Part shown: positions 14,163 to 26,904 of the stretch, one piece after another
Layout of the letters: each line of letters opens with the position of its first letter
Numbering within the stretch: position 1 is the stretch's first letter
NCBI GenBank assembly: GCA_032718475.1
Contig: JAUCBJ010001454.1
Location: 1-64,000 of the forward strand
Origin: Nemertoderma westbladi
Taxonomy: Eukaryota > Animalia > Xenacoelomorpha
Direction: 5' to 3'
Length of the DNA: 64,000 bases
Made by a program: the position numbers and the translations under genes
The notes under the pieces: generated by a model
Databases searched by the model: none
What the model was told of the DNA's origin: nothing
What the model saw: the letters and a program-made list of their open reading frames with translations, nothing else

Positions 14163-15781
14163 TCGACCACCAGCCACTCGTTACTATCCTGGATCGCTAC
14201 ACAATCGATGCCACGGATAATACTCGCCTCCAGCGGCTGAAATCTAAACTGACTCCGTATACCTTCACTACAGTGTGGAGGAAGGGTAAGGATCATCGGA
14301 TTCCCGATGCATTATCCCGCGCTCCCGTTGACGATCCATCCTCCGATGACCTGATCGACGACGGCGATATGGCGTACTACATACATGCGGTAACCCGGCA
14401 GAAAGCCGCCGAACTCTACGAGAGTTCGGAGCAATCGGAGGAGTTCTCCGACTTGATCCTCGACGCCCTCTGCAAGACCGCCCGGGACGACCCCGACTAC
14501 ATGGAACTCCTCGTCGCCACACAGTCCGGGTTCCCGCTGGCCTCCCGCCAACTCCCAGGAGTCTCTCCCTATTGGTCCGTCCGGGAGGAACTCACCACGG
14601 ACCACGAACTCGTCCTTTACGGGCAGCGGATTATTATTCCGCGGGCCGAGCGACGGACCACCCTCGCGCGACTTCACGCCGCCCACCAGGGTGTAGAGAA
14701 AACTCTCCGCCGTACCCGCCAGACGGTGTACTGGCCCGGGCTCACCAACGATGTCCGGACTACCATTTCATCGTGTGATGCCTGTCTCACACACCGCCCC
14801 AGTCTCACCAAGGAACCTCTCCTACGAGACCGAGAGGCCACCCGGCCCTTCGAGGAGATTTCTGCCGATCTCTTCGCCCTCGACGGCCGGAACTACCTCG
14901 CCATAGCGGACCGTTACTCTGGGTGGCCCGAAATATACGGCTACACCAGCCATCCAACCGCCGCTACAACAGCAGCCCATATACGGGACGTTTTTATACG
15001 CTTCGGCATCCCCGTACGGTTCTCCTCCGACGGCGGCCCACAATTCGCGGGGTCCAATTTCGTGGACTTCCTTAGCGACTGGGGAGTACAGCAGACGTTC
15101 TCCTCCCCGGAATACCCACAGAGCAACGGCCATGCAGAGTCTGCCGTTAAGGCTCTGAAGAGTTTGATAACAAAAACTGGGGGAAAAATAAACTCTACGG
15201 CATTCCAGGAGGGCCTCCTGGAATTAAGAAACTCACCCCGCGCACACGGCCAATCACCGGCCCAGATTTTATTTGGGCACCCAACACGCTCACGGGTACC
15301 TGCACACAGCCGGGCTTTCCTCTTGGGACACCAAACGACCAGGACCGCACTCGACGCTGCAGTGCCAAAACTCATTGAGTCTCAGGCCGAGGATTACAAC
15401 CGCGGGGCCAAAACCCTCCCCACCCTCTCAGTGGGAGACCCGGTGCGGATCCAAAACCCAACCACCAAGCGTTGGGACCGCACTGGTGTTGTGGTCGAAG
15501 CGGCCTCACACCGCAGTTACCGGATCAAATTACAGTCCGGCCGTTGTCTCACCCGCAACCGACGCCACCTTCTGAGGAACACAGCTATCGGGACATCGGG
15601 GGACATTAACAGCGGGCACAATGGTTATAATGCTAGAGGAACCCCATCAAACCCAACTAAGGGCGTTCACTGGGCAACACAGCTTACCAGCACCAGCCCG
15701 GAAAATATACCAGATTTACAACACAACAACACCCACCCAACACGTCGGCGACGTCAACCAGACAGACTCCATTATGGATAG
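14141..15781 (+). CDS. pol: Pol remnant: RNase H C-terminus plus complete integrase
   Basis: Frame reads LPHFTLIVDHQPL...RLQRL...PDALSR (RNase H end), HAAH...CDAC (HHCC) and SADLF / SSDGGPQF / NGHAESAVK (DDE). Confidence 0.92.
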   Translation, partial: LPHFTLIVDHQPLVTILDRYTIDATDNTRLQRLKSKLTPYTFTTVWRKGKDHRIPDALSRAPVDDPSSDDLIDDGDMAYYIHAVTRQKAAELYESSEQSEEFSDLILDALCKTARDDPDYMELLVATQSGFPLASRQLPGVSPYWSVREELTTDHELVLYGQRIIIPRAERRTTLARLHAAHQGVEKTLRRTRQTVYWPGLTNDVRTTISSCDACLTHRPSLTKEPLLRDREATRPFEEISADLFALDGRNYLAIADRYSGWPEIYGYTSHPTAATTAAHIRDVFIRFGIPVRFSSDGGPQFAGSNFVDFLSDWGVQQTFSSPEYPQSNGHAESAVKALKSLITKTGGKINSTAFQEGLLELRNSPRAHGQSPAQILFGHPTRSRVPAHSRAFLLGHQTTRTALDAAVPKLIESQAEDYNRGAKTLPTLSVGDPVRIQNPTTKRWDRTGVVVEAASHRSYRIKLQSGRCLTRNRRHLLRNTAIGTSGDINSGHNGYNARGTPSNPTKGVHWATQLTSTSPENIPDLQHNNTHPTRRRRQPDRLHYG

Positions 15782-16454
15782 TTTGTTGGGAGTCCCACAA
15801 ACTAGAAGGGGGGTGTATTGATATTATTATTGTATTGATATTCCTTAGCTACGTACTCTAGATCCGTTACTAGGCAACGGCCAATCAGCGATGGGCAGAT
15901 TGCATGGGATATCGGGTGATGGGATTTCACAGTAGGTAGGATATATTATTCATGGATTGATATAGGATACTGGAGCTGTCATCCTGGACGGCTACAGACC
16001 GACAGCTCTGTACTGCACAGTATACTGCCACCGGTATGTCGGCCAGCAGTACCATCAGTCTATCAGCACGTATTGAAATAATATAATATGACTTTGCGGC
16101 ACTATATTATTTCTCACTCTTACTCGTATATCGGTATGCTTACGATATCATTATAGGTAGCAGTGTTTCGCCTTTATATAATTATAACCTAACCCTCATG
16201 GCGGCAGAGTGCCGCCTTTACATATATTATCCTGACGCCCATGGCGACAGGGTGCCGCCTCTTTATAAAAACCTCTTATAACTTTCTTATAACTATTGGG
16301 GCGGATAAATGGAGTTCATATTCGTGTCGTGCAGGAAAAACTGGTCTAGAAAAATTAATTTATTGCTTGAAGGGATTCCTGTTGGTTTGATTAATTTTAA
16401 ATTACATAGTTTATGCAATTTAATTTAAATTTAGCCAATGTTACAAATGATTAA

Positions 16455-17116
16455 TCTGGTTGTTCATATCCCTTAATGCTTGGAACTAGATGAACATAAT
16501 AAATTCATCCGATTCGAATGCGTTTCACCCAAACCTCTTTTCCTCAGTTGAACAAAAATCTCGCACTCCTAGTTATGAACTGATGAAATGCGTTGGCGAG
16601 AGTGTTTCAACCAAATACGTCTGTAAATATCTGAGAAATATCAATCCCAGTAGCTTGGATTCTTATAATTTGATTAACTTTATTTGACAAAATCCTGAAT
16701 ACGGAGAATTATTCATAAACGCACACCCAGAGTTACAAGAAGTTCATAGATGACCATATGAATACAAAGCAAGAGAACATGAATTAGAAAAAACGATTAA
16801 ACCAAGAAAATTCCTTACTACATACGGTCGACCTACCGCTGTTGTACAGACAACCAATCAAGGACCAGTAAGAGCTGCCGTCCTGAAAAGAGCCCTAAAG
16901 GTTGTTCAATCCTGATTCCCCGATATGGATATCGACCAACCGGGTACCTCGACGGGCGGATGCAGCGACCACAATCCTAACCCTTCTGATGCAATTGTAT
17001 TGCACCCTTCCCCCAGGAGATATAGCCCTCCTAGTAAAGTGGCTCGCCCTAAAGAGAAAAAGACTCTTGCAAGTTTTAAGAAACTCCGTAAACACCGTTC
17101 GCGAAAGAAGGACTGA
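16455..17116 (+). pseudogene. Degraded 3' accessory ORF of the large LTR element, copy 1
   Basis: Translates with stops to FHPNLF...STKYVCKYLRNIN...YGELFINAHPELQEVHR*PYEYKA, homologous to 18367-19100; basic tail KKLRKHRSRKKD ends at the LTR edge. Confidence 0.7.
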
Positions 17117-18217
17117 TAGTTTAGAGTATTTTTATATTAGAAACTGTGATTTTATGTATATTTTATAGACTTAAATCCCATTTTCTGAGAGCGGTGTAAA
17201 AGCTTTTGCGGACAAAATAAGTCATTTTGAGCAATGCGCTAAATACTCTAAAAGGCTTATAAACTTATGCAACTACGCATCTGTCAAAACTCAGAGCTGA
17301 GATAACGAAATCTACCAGCTGTTTCTTTGTGTGAAGGATCTGTGTTAGTTGTTGACATATTTGAGCCAATCAGAGCTATCTTCCTTTACCTGTGCTCTGT
17401 AGCCTATGTAAAATGACGCAATGCTGCAAATTTCTCAGAATTCATTCATTCTGATTTTCTAGCTGTTCTGACATCGCCCGAAAACATCAGTGGCCTGAGA
17501 GAGTCATAAGAACGCAAATCTATTAATATTGTCACAACAAAACATTTAAATTCATTTCAAACCTAACACCGTTTTCTACTGTTTTATACTGTTATTAGCT
17601 GATGTTATATATTAATGGATGTTATATACTGATAGAATACTGATGAATAATCGTTAAATCACCCTTAACTTTCTTAATTACTGAGGTAAGCAGAAGGGTG
17701 TATCAGTGGCAATTGTGGCTCAATTTATAGTGGTCTGTATGAATTTAATGCTATTTCATAACCCCAACGTATGTGAGGTGCGATCCTCCTTATATATGAT
17801 TAAAATCTGTGACAGTCGGCAAATCAGTGTGCATTAGTGTGAATATTAGTGTATAAAGTTAGTGTGAAGGTTAATAAAGCATTCCTAAAGTATGCGCCAT
17901 TTGCGTTATCTCATTGCCACTAGTTGTAATTAGTGTCAGTCATAACTCTGTGTGATACTTAAAGTGCCACGCCCCAAAGGAACTGTTAATATTTCCCCAA
18001 AAGTAAATATAGTTGTCGGAGATTATATCATAGTGATCAATCGAATAATACAAAGTAGCCTACTCCTCTCTCTACAATAGGATCCAGTCTCCCACACCCG
18101 TGGGTCATACGCCACGCTAGACTGGCTTCAGCTGATGTCAATTAGTACGGGTGATTATCAACTCATAAGACACTTAAATTAGCAGGTTAAACTGTTAAAG
18201 GTCTAAAAGCGCGAACA
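17114..18217 (+). mobile_element. ~1.1-kb LTR (3' LTR) of a large LTR-element family
   Basis: TG...CA ends, preceded by purine tract gaaagaagga; colinear homology with the reverse complement of 39332-40459, both ending aaagcgcgaaca. Start inferred. Confidence 0.75.
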
Positions 18218-18366
18218 ACAACCCAATATTTTTGAAAACGGTTTTCACTACTAGGAAGACAATAGATTTTTAGGAAAGGTCATAAAATTTCAGATTCCCA
18301 ACTGGGTTTGTTTCAAAATTATAATAAAAAAACCACGGGGGGGGGGGGGGGGGGGGTCATATTGAT

Positions 18367-19260
18367 TTGATATTCTTAGCTGTCTGCCCCCAGTTTATTA
18401 CACAATGTCATTACTGCCAACTAAAGGGACACGCTAGGTGGGATTGCCCTTTTAGCACAGACATTGAATGCGTAGACGAGTTGATTGTACTTCGATACAT
18501 ACGAGCTTGGGAAGCTAGCGCAGATCTTCACTACGAGTCGCGTCAACGATATTATTCAGAACGCGCATATGAAGGAGTATATGTTATGCATTTCACCCCT
18601 ATCTTTTTCCCCAAGTCGAACAGAAAACTCGTATTCCCAGCTACGAATTAATAAAACGCATTGGTGAGTGTATTTCCACCAAATATGTCCAAAAATATTT
18701 GAGAAATATTAATCAAAATAATCTTGGTTCTTATAACTTGATTAGTTTTATTAGCCAAGACCTTGAATACGGTGAGATGTTTATAAATGCGCACCCTGAA
18801 TTGCAAGGTGTCCACCGACGTCCATATGAGTACAAGGCAAGCAAATGGGAATTAGAAAGAACTGTTAGACCCCTAAAATTCCTCACTACTCTTAGTCTAC
18901 CCACAGCAGTCATCAAACGACTAAAGCAGGACCAGTACAAGCTGCTGTCCTGAGACGAGCCTTAAAGGTTATGCGCCCTCGATCCCTTCAGTCATCCGAT
19001 AAACGTGTCGATATCGCAGTTCCACCACAGGAGAGAAGTGGACCTCCTATGGATATTGATCATCTGGGTACCTCGACCGGTGCATACACCGACCGCAACC
19101 AAAACCGTGACGTATCACATCAAAACAGTATCCCACACATAGTGGGTCATACGCCGCTTTAGACTGACTTCGGCTGTGGTCATATTTTGTAGGGGCTGTC
19201 AGATATTATAAGACAAATAAATTAGCAGGTTAATCTGTTAAAGATCTAAAAGCGTGAACA
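18367..19260 (+). pseudogene. Accessory ORF copy 2 with CCHC zinc knuckle, fused by deletion to the last ~135 bp of an LTR
   Basis: CHYCQLKGHARWDC fits CX2CX4HX4C; frameshifted continuation homologous to copy 1; 19125-19260 matches 18085-18217 and ends gcgtgaaca. Confidence 0.72.
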
Positions 19261-19477
19261 GGATTGGAAGCGATATTCAGAAGTACATTTCACATTGCAC
19301 CTTGAGATTCTTACATCCACTATTCCTCGCTTTTGTAATTATCTTTGAATATATAAACTGGTGTAACACTTCTTCGATCACTGGTGACCTCGATATATAG
19401 ATATGGCTGTTGTGTACGATATCAAGCAGTTCCAGATTTAATAGATAATAATAAAAGAGTCAGTATAATAAAAGACA

Positions 19478-19571
19478 ATAATCAACTAAGGAAGGTCGAT
19501 GACTTCCAGTACCTCGGATCATGGATAGAGAGTAGCAAAAAGGACATAGAAGTTAGGAAAGCAAAGGCTTG
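19478..19571 (+). mobile_element. ~95-bp fragment of the RTE element found at 25775-25870
   Basis: Near-identical DNA encoding NNQLRKVDDFQYLGSWIESSK.DIEVRKAKAW. Confidence 0.85.
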
Positions 19572-19589
19572 GATGAAAAACCCCACTTG

Positions 19590-20870
19590 ACTTACCTAAT
19601 AAATCTCTCAATTAACAACGGTTTTTTTCCTACTGCCCTGAAACATGCCAAAATCTACAAGACAGCTGACCCAGCGGACAAAAAATAATTACAGGCCAAT
19701 ATCAGTATTGCCACTTTCAGTAAAGTTTATGATCGTATCATTAATAATCAACTAACCTCATACCTAAACAAATACACAATACTATCACACTGTCAACACA
19801 CGGCTTCCACAAACAAAATACCAGAACAGACGCAATACGTACAGTTACAGAACGCTTGCAGCAGGCCCTGGACAATGGTGACTCCGCATGCTTAATAGCA
19901 ATTTTAAAGGAGGTCTTTGATACCTTGAACCATACAATACTACTAAATAAATTACAATGTTATGGTATCAGAGGTCTTCCACATCAATTGATATCGAGGT
20001 TACTCACTGACCGAACCCAGACATTCGTAATAAACAACACCCACTCAACTCTCCTATCCCCACTATGTATGGCACCCCACAAGGAGCATTTTAAGTGCCA
20101 CCCTCTTCTTACGATACATCTACGACCTACCAAACTGCAACAAATCTCTCACAACCTTATTTCCAGATGACACAAACTTACTTTACACACATTCTAATAC
20201 TAACACAATAATTACAACCACCAATAACGAACTATCACACATCAATAATTGGCTAATATATAAAAAATTATCTCTAAATCTGAAAAAAACAGAATATCTC
20301 AATTTTTCTAATAAAAAAAATACATAAAACAACAACAACTACTAATAAATATCGACATATTAAAAGAGAAAAACCAAACAAAATTTCTGGGAATCTGGAT
20401 AGATGATCAACTTACATTGAAATACCATTGCACTTATGTATTATAAATAAAATCGCAAAATAATGTGGAATATGTTTCAAAATTCGCCACATAAACATAC
20501 TGAAAATGATATACTACTCACTAATATACTAATACTAATACTAATATATTCTGTATGGTTTAACACTATGGGGAAACACCTACGACAAATATATACAAAC
20601 CAATTAGGGTAAAAATAAATAAAGTAGTAGGCCTATGTGCTATCACGGTTAATCATTACCGCATTCAAATCCAATATACAAATCACTAGAAATATTACCG
20701 ATAGAACAACATACAAACTTGAAATATCAAAATTACTGTCGGAAATAAATTAAAAATAGAAAAAAACAACCTTTCATTACGTCATCATTTTCTCATTCAT
20801 CTACAATACATAACTATATAACTAGATTAGTCTCAACCAATAACTATTTTGTCAAGCTACAATTCACATT
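19590..20870 (+). mobile_element. Degraded CR1/L2-group LINE reverse transcriptase
   Basis: Remnants NYRPISVL, FDTLNHTILLNKLQCYGIRG, FPDDTNL, KFLGIWIDDQL with many frameshifts. Confidence 0.75.
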
Positions 20871-20874
20871 CAAG

Positions 20875-22625
20875 TAGTACCAACCACCAAGGTTAAGGCT
20901 GAATCACCAGCCGATCGCCTCAATGGTTGGAAAGCCCACTTTGAAAAGCTCCTCAATAATGACAGGGTATTGCCTGATAACTTTATAGAAGTAAAAGTAT
21001 CTGAGTCTGTACTCCCAGATATTCCCATTGGCGATATCTCCTTTGCAGAAGTGAAGGCTAACCAATCGTGGCAGTGGAGTAGATGGTGTTCCCCCTGAGG
21101 TCTATAAAATACCTGAGTGTTTAAAGCTCATCTATCCCATCATAGTAGACATGTACCGAACAACAAGAGTCCCACAAGAAATGAAAACAAATAAGTTGGT
21201 GCCAGTTCCCAAGAAGGGCAACCTAACACTCTATGGTTCTTTTCGGGGAATCTCATTGATCTCGATTGCTGCAAAGCTATACAATAGAATTTTATTAAAT
21301 CGCATCAGGGATCCCATTGAGAGACTACTCCGTGGAAATCAGAATGGGTTCCGTAAAGGTCGTGGGACCATGGAGCCCATTTTGGCACTTAGAAGGATAA
21401 TTGAAGAGTTATCAAAAAAGAAAGACAGGCACCTGGCTGTTATCTTTGTTGACTTCTTCAAGGCCTTTGATTCAGTCTCTCGCTCACGTATGTTCAGCAT
21501 ACTTTCATTATATGGGATTCCTGATGAAATTATTGCAACAATCAGATCAGTATACGGTGGTTCGACAACATTTGTGTCTACTGTTGACGGTGACACAGAA
21601 CCATTTGAAGTTTTATGGGGCGTCCTCCAGGGAGACACACTTGCACCATTCTTGTTCATAATTGTTGTTGACTATGTTCTACGCATGTCCTTAGATCATC
21701 ATAATGATGATGGGGTGATGATAACTCCAACTACTGGCTCCAGAAGTCGAGGAAATCCCGCCAAGTACCTAACTGATCTAGACTTTGCTGATGACTTAGG
21801 AGTACTCTCAGAATCACTAGAGGGAGCCCAACGGCTCCTCAGCTCATTAGAACATGCTGCTTCTAGTGTTGGTCTTTTTATTAACTCCAGAAAGACCAAA
21901 ATTGACTTTGTCCAAATATCAAAGACATGTCAAAGTTAACTTTGAAAGTCCTCAGCAAGTCTCTGATCGGATGAGCATAAGCTCAAAAGATGGTATGCTT
22001 GAGCATGTGGATGACTTCTGTTACCTGGGATCATGGATCCGGAAGTCAGGTGAGGACCTTCGAATACGTAAGGGAAAGGCATGGACAGCCTTGAATAGGC
22101 TTTCCAGGATTTGGAAGTCACCGAGAATTAATCGGAAACTTAAGGTCCGATTATTTAGAGCAGCAGTAGTTCCAGTACTCCTCTATGGGAGTCCATGCTG
22201 GGCTCTAACTGCTGAGGACACCAAATCTCTGGATGGCACATTCACAAGAATGCTACGCCGGGTTCATTGTGTCAAGTACAATGCACACATCTCCAACCAG
22301 ACACTATATAACATTGGAGGTGTCTTATTGGTTCCCCCAAGCTTGACACTAGAACAAAATCGCCTCCGCTTTGCAGGACATTGCTTTCGCCGTGAGGACC
22401 AGCCAGTGCTTATTCTTGTACTTTGGCAGCCTCTTGGAGTATAGCCCATGACTATCTTGAAACGCATCTTAAAGGACACTGGCCTTGAAGATGCGGATGA
22501 TCTAGCAAATGTCATGGGTGATAGGGAGTTGTGGCGCTGCAATTTTGTCGATAAGCCGGCACAGCTTTCTTAAAAATGCAGCTGCAGTGCAGCATGCCGA
22601 TCCTAGTACATGTAGTAGTAGTAGA
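20875..22625 (+). mobile_element. 5'-truncated RTE-like LINE (frameshifted RT)
   Basis: ORFs 21151-21939 and 21854-22444 with QNGFR, FVDFFKAFDSV, GVLQGDTLAP, DFADD, RLRFAGHC; (tag)n tail at ~22612-22624. Confidence 0.88.
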
Positions 22626-22834
22626 ATGACTAGTAGCATTTTAACCGCAAATCTTGTTTCATTCAATGACCGCTAGAGGGCGACTGGAAATTTGAAAATG
22701 TTTCGAAAAAAATGTTTAGCCATATTTTAACAGCCCATACTGTATAAAAACAAAATGTTTTTATTTCAGTAGAAATTGTAGAAATTTAAAAAAAGTGTTC
22801 AGGGTGGGCGGGTGTACTTCCCCTTAAAACAGTT

Positions 22835-25800
22835 CAGGTCAGGTCAGGTCCCTAGATCCTGCTACCACTATGGCAGTAATGTGGTACTACCTGTAGCTGT
22901 CAGCCCAGTAGGGCAGGCCCGATAAGCATAGCCTATTCATTATTTAGTTGATCAAGAGTGGGTTGGTTCAGCCCTGTCAACTAAATAAGTCATTGAGGGC
23001 TATAGCGCCTAGGGCACCATTGAAGGCAAAGGCTTGATACGCATCTGCATTAGAGATGATACAAGCCCCGCCCTGTCTATACTGGATGCTCCTCTACCAG
23101 TGTTAGGTAACCTAACCAAGGAGGCACACTTGGTTCAGGGTGTAACAAATGGACCCCTACAGTCGGCATCAGGGCTGTAGGCCATGGATAGGCGGAAGGT
23201 AATCAACCAACGGCTAGACATGCTGACAAGGTCGGCGGAAGGTAATAAACCAACGGCGACCTACTGCGAAGACGCCTGTAGGAGTTGCGACCACAAGCGG
23301 TTTACTCCCGCAAATGAAAGATATGAGTATGAGAACCCTCCAGGAGAAATACCGGCTCGGTCGTCGCCCGGGTCAACAAGGACCGCGTCCCTCAGTGGTA
23401 CACCAGGCTGGGGTCGATAAATTGGCTACTGGAACAGAAGACAGAGAAGAAAGAAGAACCAACCTGTTGAAATGCAAAAAGACACTAAAGATTGCTACAA
23501 TGAACGCACGCACGCTGAAAGCACAGAGCAAACAGGGTGATATGGTCGCTCTGGCAATGGAATATAACATCGACATCATCTGCATCCAAGAACATCGGAT
23601 TTGTCATGAAGATACTGCCATGAAGTACAATGAAATTTGGAAATGGATGGACGTTGGTAACAAGCTCAGCAGTAAGAAACTCGGCCAATGCATCAATTGG
23701 TGGAGTAGGAATTCTGCTAAGCCCAATTACACTTAAGACCCTAAACAACATCGAATCTATAAATTCAAGGGTTATGATCGCAACATTTGATGGGAATCCC
23801 GAGACAACAGTTAAGTTATGTTGCTACAGTCCAACCAATGCATCAGAGCCAGAACAAGCAGTCAAGTTTTATGAAGAACTGACTGGACTTATTAAGGACA
23901 TCCTGAAACACAATGTTAAAGTCATTGCTGGTGACCTGAATGCGCAAATTGGCCCAGAAGACATCAAGGTTTACACCTATAACACCAGTTCTAACAGAAA
24001 TGGGTACTTACTTTTAGACCTAATGGAAGAATGTGAATTGATACCAACAAACAACACATTCGAAAAGAGTAAGGGGAAGCTACGGACCTTTCAATACCCT
24101 AATGGAACCAAATCACAACTGGATTACATCCTTATAAACAAAAAGTGGAGAAATAGCATGATCAACTGCGAGGCATACAGCTCGTTCAACCTAATTGGTT
24201 CGGACCACAGAATTGTGACTGCAGAGATCAGACTCAGTTTGAGAGCCAGCAAACCCAGGACAAGCAAGCAAATCAACTATGACTGGGAGAAACTCAGAAC
24301 TGACAATGCTGTAAAGGATGCTTATACAGTAGAAGTTCAAAACCGCTTTGAAGCACTTCAGTCAATGGATGAAGACCAATCCACCGATTCAATTTACCAG
24401 AATATAATAACAGCCCACAAGGAATCAGCTAAGAGGCATATCCCCCAGAAACCTAAACGAAAACAGTATGTGCCATGGTAAAACTCTGAGGTTACTTGTA
24501 AGAGAGAAGATCTTAAGATAGCCTACAAAGTTAAAACCGAACAACCAACAACCGAAAACATTAACAAGGTTGAGAAAGCTAAGGACGATCTTAAATTGGC
24601 CTACAACATCAGCCAGGAAAAGTACATACAGGATAAAACTGAAGCAATTACAACTGCTCACATACAGCAACAATCAAAACTTACCTGGCAAACTGTAAAT
24701 GAAGTATCTGGTCGGAAAACTTGTGCAAAGGGGCGCCTCAAAGCCGATAGTCCTGAAGAACGTGTTGGGAAGTGGAAAAATCACTTCAGCAACTTGCTTG
24801 GGCAGCCACCAAACATCGAGGTCAGCCCTACAAGGAAAATATATGACAAGACACTACCTATAGAAACAGGGGACTTCACACCTGCCGAACTCCAAAGAAG
24901 CATTAAAAGCATGTCCAATAATAAAGCGAGTGGATTAGATGAAATCCCAGCGGAGGTATGGAAAACCGGAGTGCTAAATAGACCATTATTGAATGTTTGC
25001 AACCGGATGTTAAAAGGGGAAAATCCACCACCAATTTGGACTAAAGGTCAACTAAAGCCTCTCCCCAAGAAAGGAGACCTCGGCATACCAACAAACTATC
25101 GTGGGATCTGTCTGCTTGTGGTAGCTGCCAAAATATACAATAAAATGATTCTATATAGGATTAGGCCTCACATAGAGAAACTACTGCGTAAGAGCCAAAA
25201 CGGATTTCGACCAAGTAGATCAACAATAGCTCAGATACTTGCACTACGGAGACTGATTGAAGGAATTAAGTCAAAGAATCTCCCCGCAGTCATGGCTTTT
25301 GTGGACTTCAAGAAGGCATTCGACTCCATCCATAGAGGTAAAATGCTTGAAATCCTAAGAGCTTATGGAATACCAGAAGTAATTGTTGCTGGCATTGGAT
25401 TGTTATATTGTGACACAGAAGCGCAGGTACTCTCACCAGATGGTGAAACTGAATTTTTCTCAATCCTGGCTGGCGTACTGCAAGGTGACACATTAGCACC
25501 ATTACTATTTGTAATTGTGCTGGATTACGCAATGAGGACGGCCACAAAGGGTGAAGATCTGGGATTCACACTTCAAGAACGCAGAAGTAGTAGATATCCG
25601 GCAACTACAGTCACAGACACCGACTTTATCGCCCTGCTCTCTAATACGCTAGCAGATGCACAGCTTCTACTAAATAAAGTGGAGAGGGCTGCTAAGGAGG
25701 TTGGATTGCATATAAATGCTACCAAGACCGAATTCATGACCTTTAATGTTGATGGAAACTTGACAACCATTGATAATAATCAACTAAGGAAGGTCGATGA

Positions 25801-26305
25801 CTTCCAGTACCTTGGATCATGGATAGAGAGTAGCAAAGAGGACATAGAAGTTAGGAAAGCAAAGGCTTGGGTAGCTCTATCAAAAATGGATACCATCTGG
25901 AAATCAGATCTCTCCAGGCACCTGAAGACTAAGTTCTTTCGAGCCACAGTGGAAAGTGTATTTTTATACGGGGGTGAGATCTGGACACTGACTAAATCAC
26001 TTGAACAACGAATTGATGGTTGCTCCACAAGACTACTAAGGGCAGCCCTAAACATCAGCTGGAGACAACACATGACAAACGCCGAGCTTTATGGTACAAT
26101 ACCACCTGTATCAACCACCCTCCGTGAACGCAGATTAAGATTCAGTGGGCACTGCTGGCGAAGTAAAGACGAGGTCATACCAGATCTACTTCTCTGGCAA
26201 CATACTGAACTTGGGAGAAACGAAATTGCGACAACTATGGAGAATCGGGAAGCCTGGAAGGATCTCATTTCCATTGTCCGAGTTCGCTCGACCTAGAAGT
26301 AGTAG
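22835..26305 (+). mobile_element. Near full-length RTE-clade LINE (APE endonuclease + RT), inactivated
   Basis: Endonuclease motifs ATMNARTL, CIQEH, GDLNA, LDYIL, SDH; RT motifs QNGFR, DFKKAFDS, GVLQGDTLAP; frameshift near 23630, stop at 24481, catalytic ADD missing at 25627; short (tag) tail. Confidence 0.92.
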
Positions 26306-26904
26306 TTTCAATATGAAAATTTTTTAGTATGGTAACATCTAAAGGAAAACGGTTATCACCGTTGGATTACGGAAATCTGAAAGCGGTCACTCACTCCAAT
26401 CTAATTTTCAAAATAATGGACTGATGACTCAACTACTCTTATCTTCTGCAATCTCATAAGCAATTTACCATACAACATACAGTAGTAGTCGGTTATGCAA
26501 TATACAGTTAGAGTAATAGATGAGGAAATTCATCACTGCGCAGAAGGACTTAACTGATCGCACATGTCGAGAGTATAATTAACATGAATACATCTCATTA
26601 GGATTAATTGTTTCACAGCACAGAAGCAAAATTTTAAGATCAATAATATAACTTTACTTCACAGTGATAAACTAGTATGCACAGTAATATACATACAACA
26701 TTAATCATATGCAATCTACACAATGTATTCTTATAACAAATATAATAATTTACAGGTCAGCTTACGTATTTTGGCACATTATAATTTTGCGTTTTATCTC
26801 GTAATTTTTCTAGCAGCCAGACGACCCGACATTCCTGTCTCACACAAAATAATTACAACACATAGTCAGTGTCGGAAGGGTGTAAACGTTACGCTGAAAG
26901 CAGA

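Larger units (their letters stand above)
13053..16155 (+). mobile_element. Ty3/Gypsy (Mag-like) LTR retrotransposon, internally deleted, recent insertion
   Basis: 342-bp LTRs (13053-13394, 15814-16155) differing at one base by my reading; 5-bp TSD ggtag; PBS tggcgcagt at 13395 (complementary to the 3' end of invertebrate tRNA-Ser); PPT agaagggggg 15804-15813. Confidence 0.95.

Noticed and set aside
13444-15575. Many overlapping and antisense ORFs in the Gypsy element
   Set aside because: Expected shadow frames of GC-rich gag/pol.
23010-23030. HDV-like ribozyme start (gggcaccattgaagg)
   Set aside because: Matching P1' and P2' strands not found downstream.
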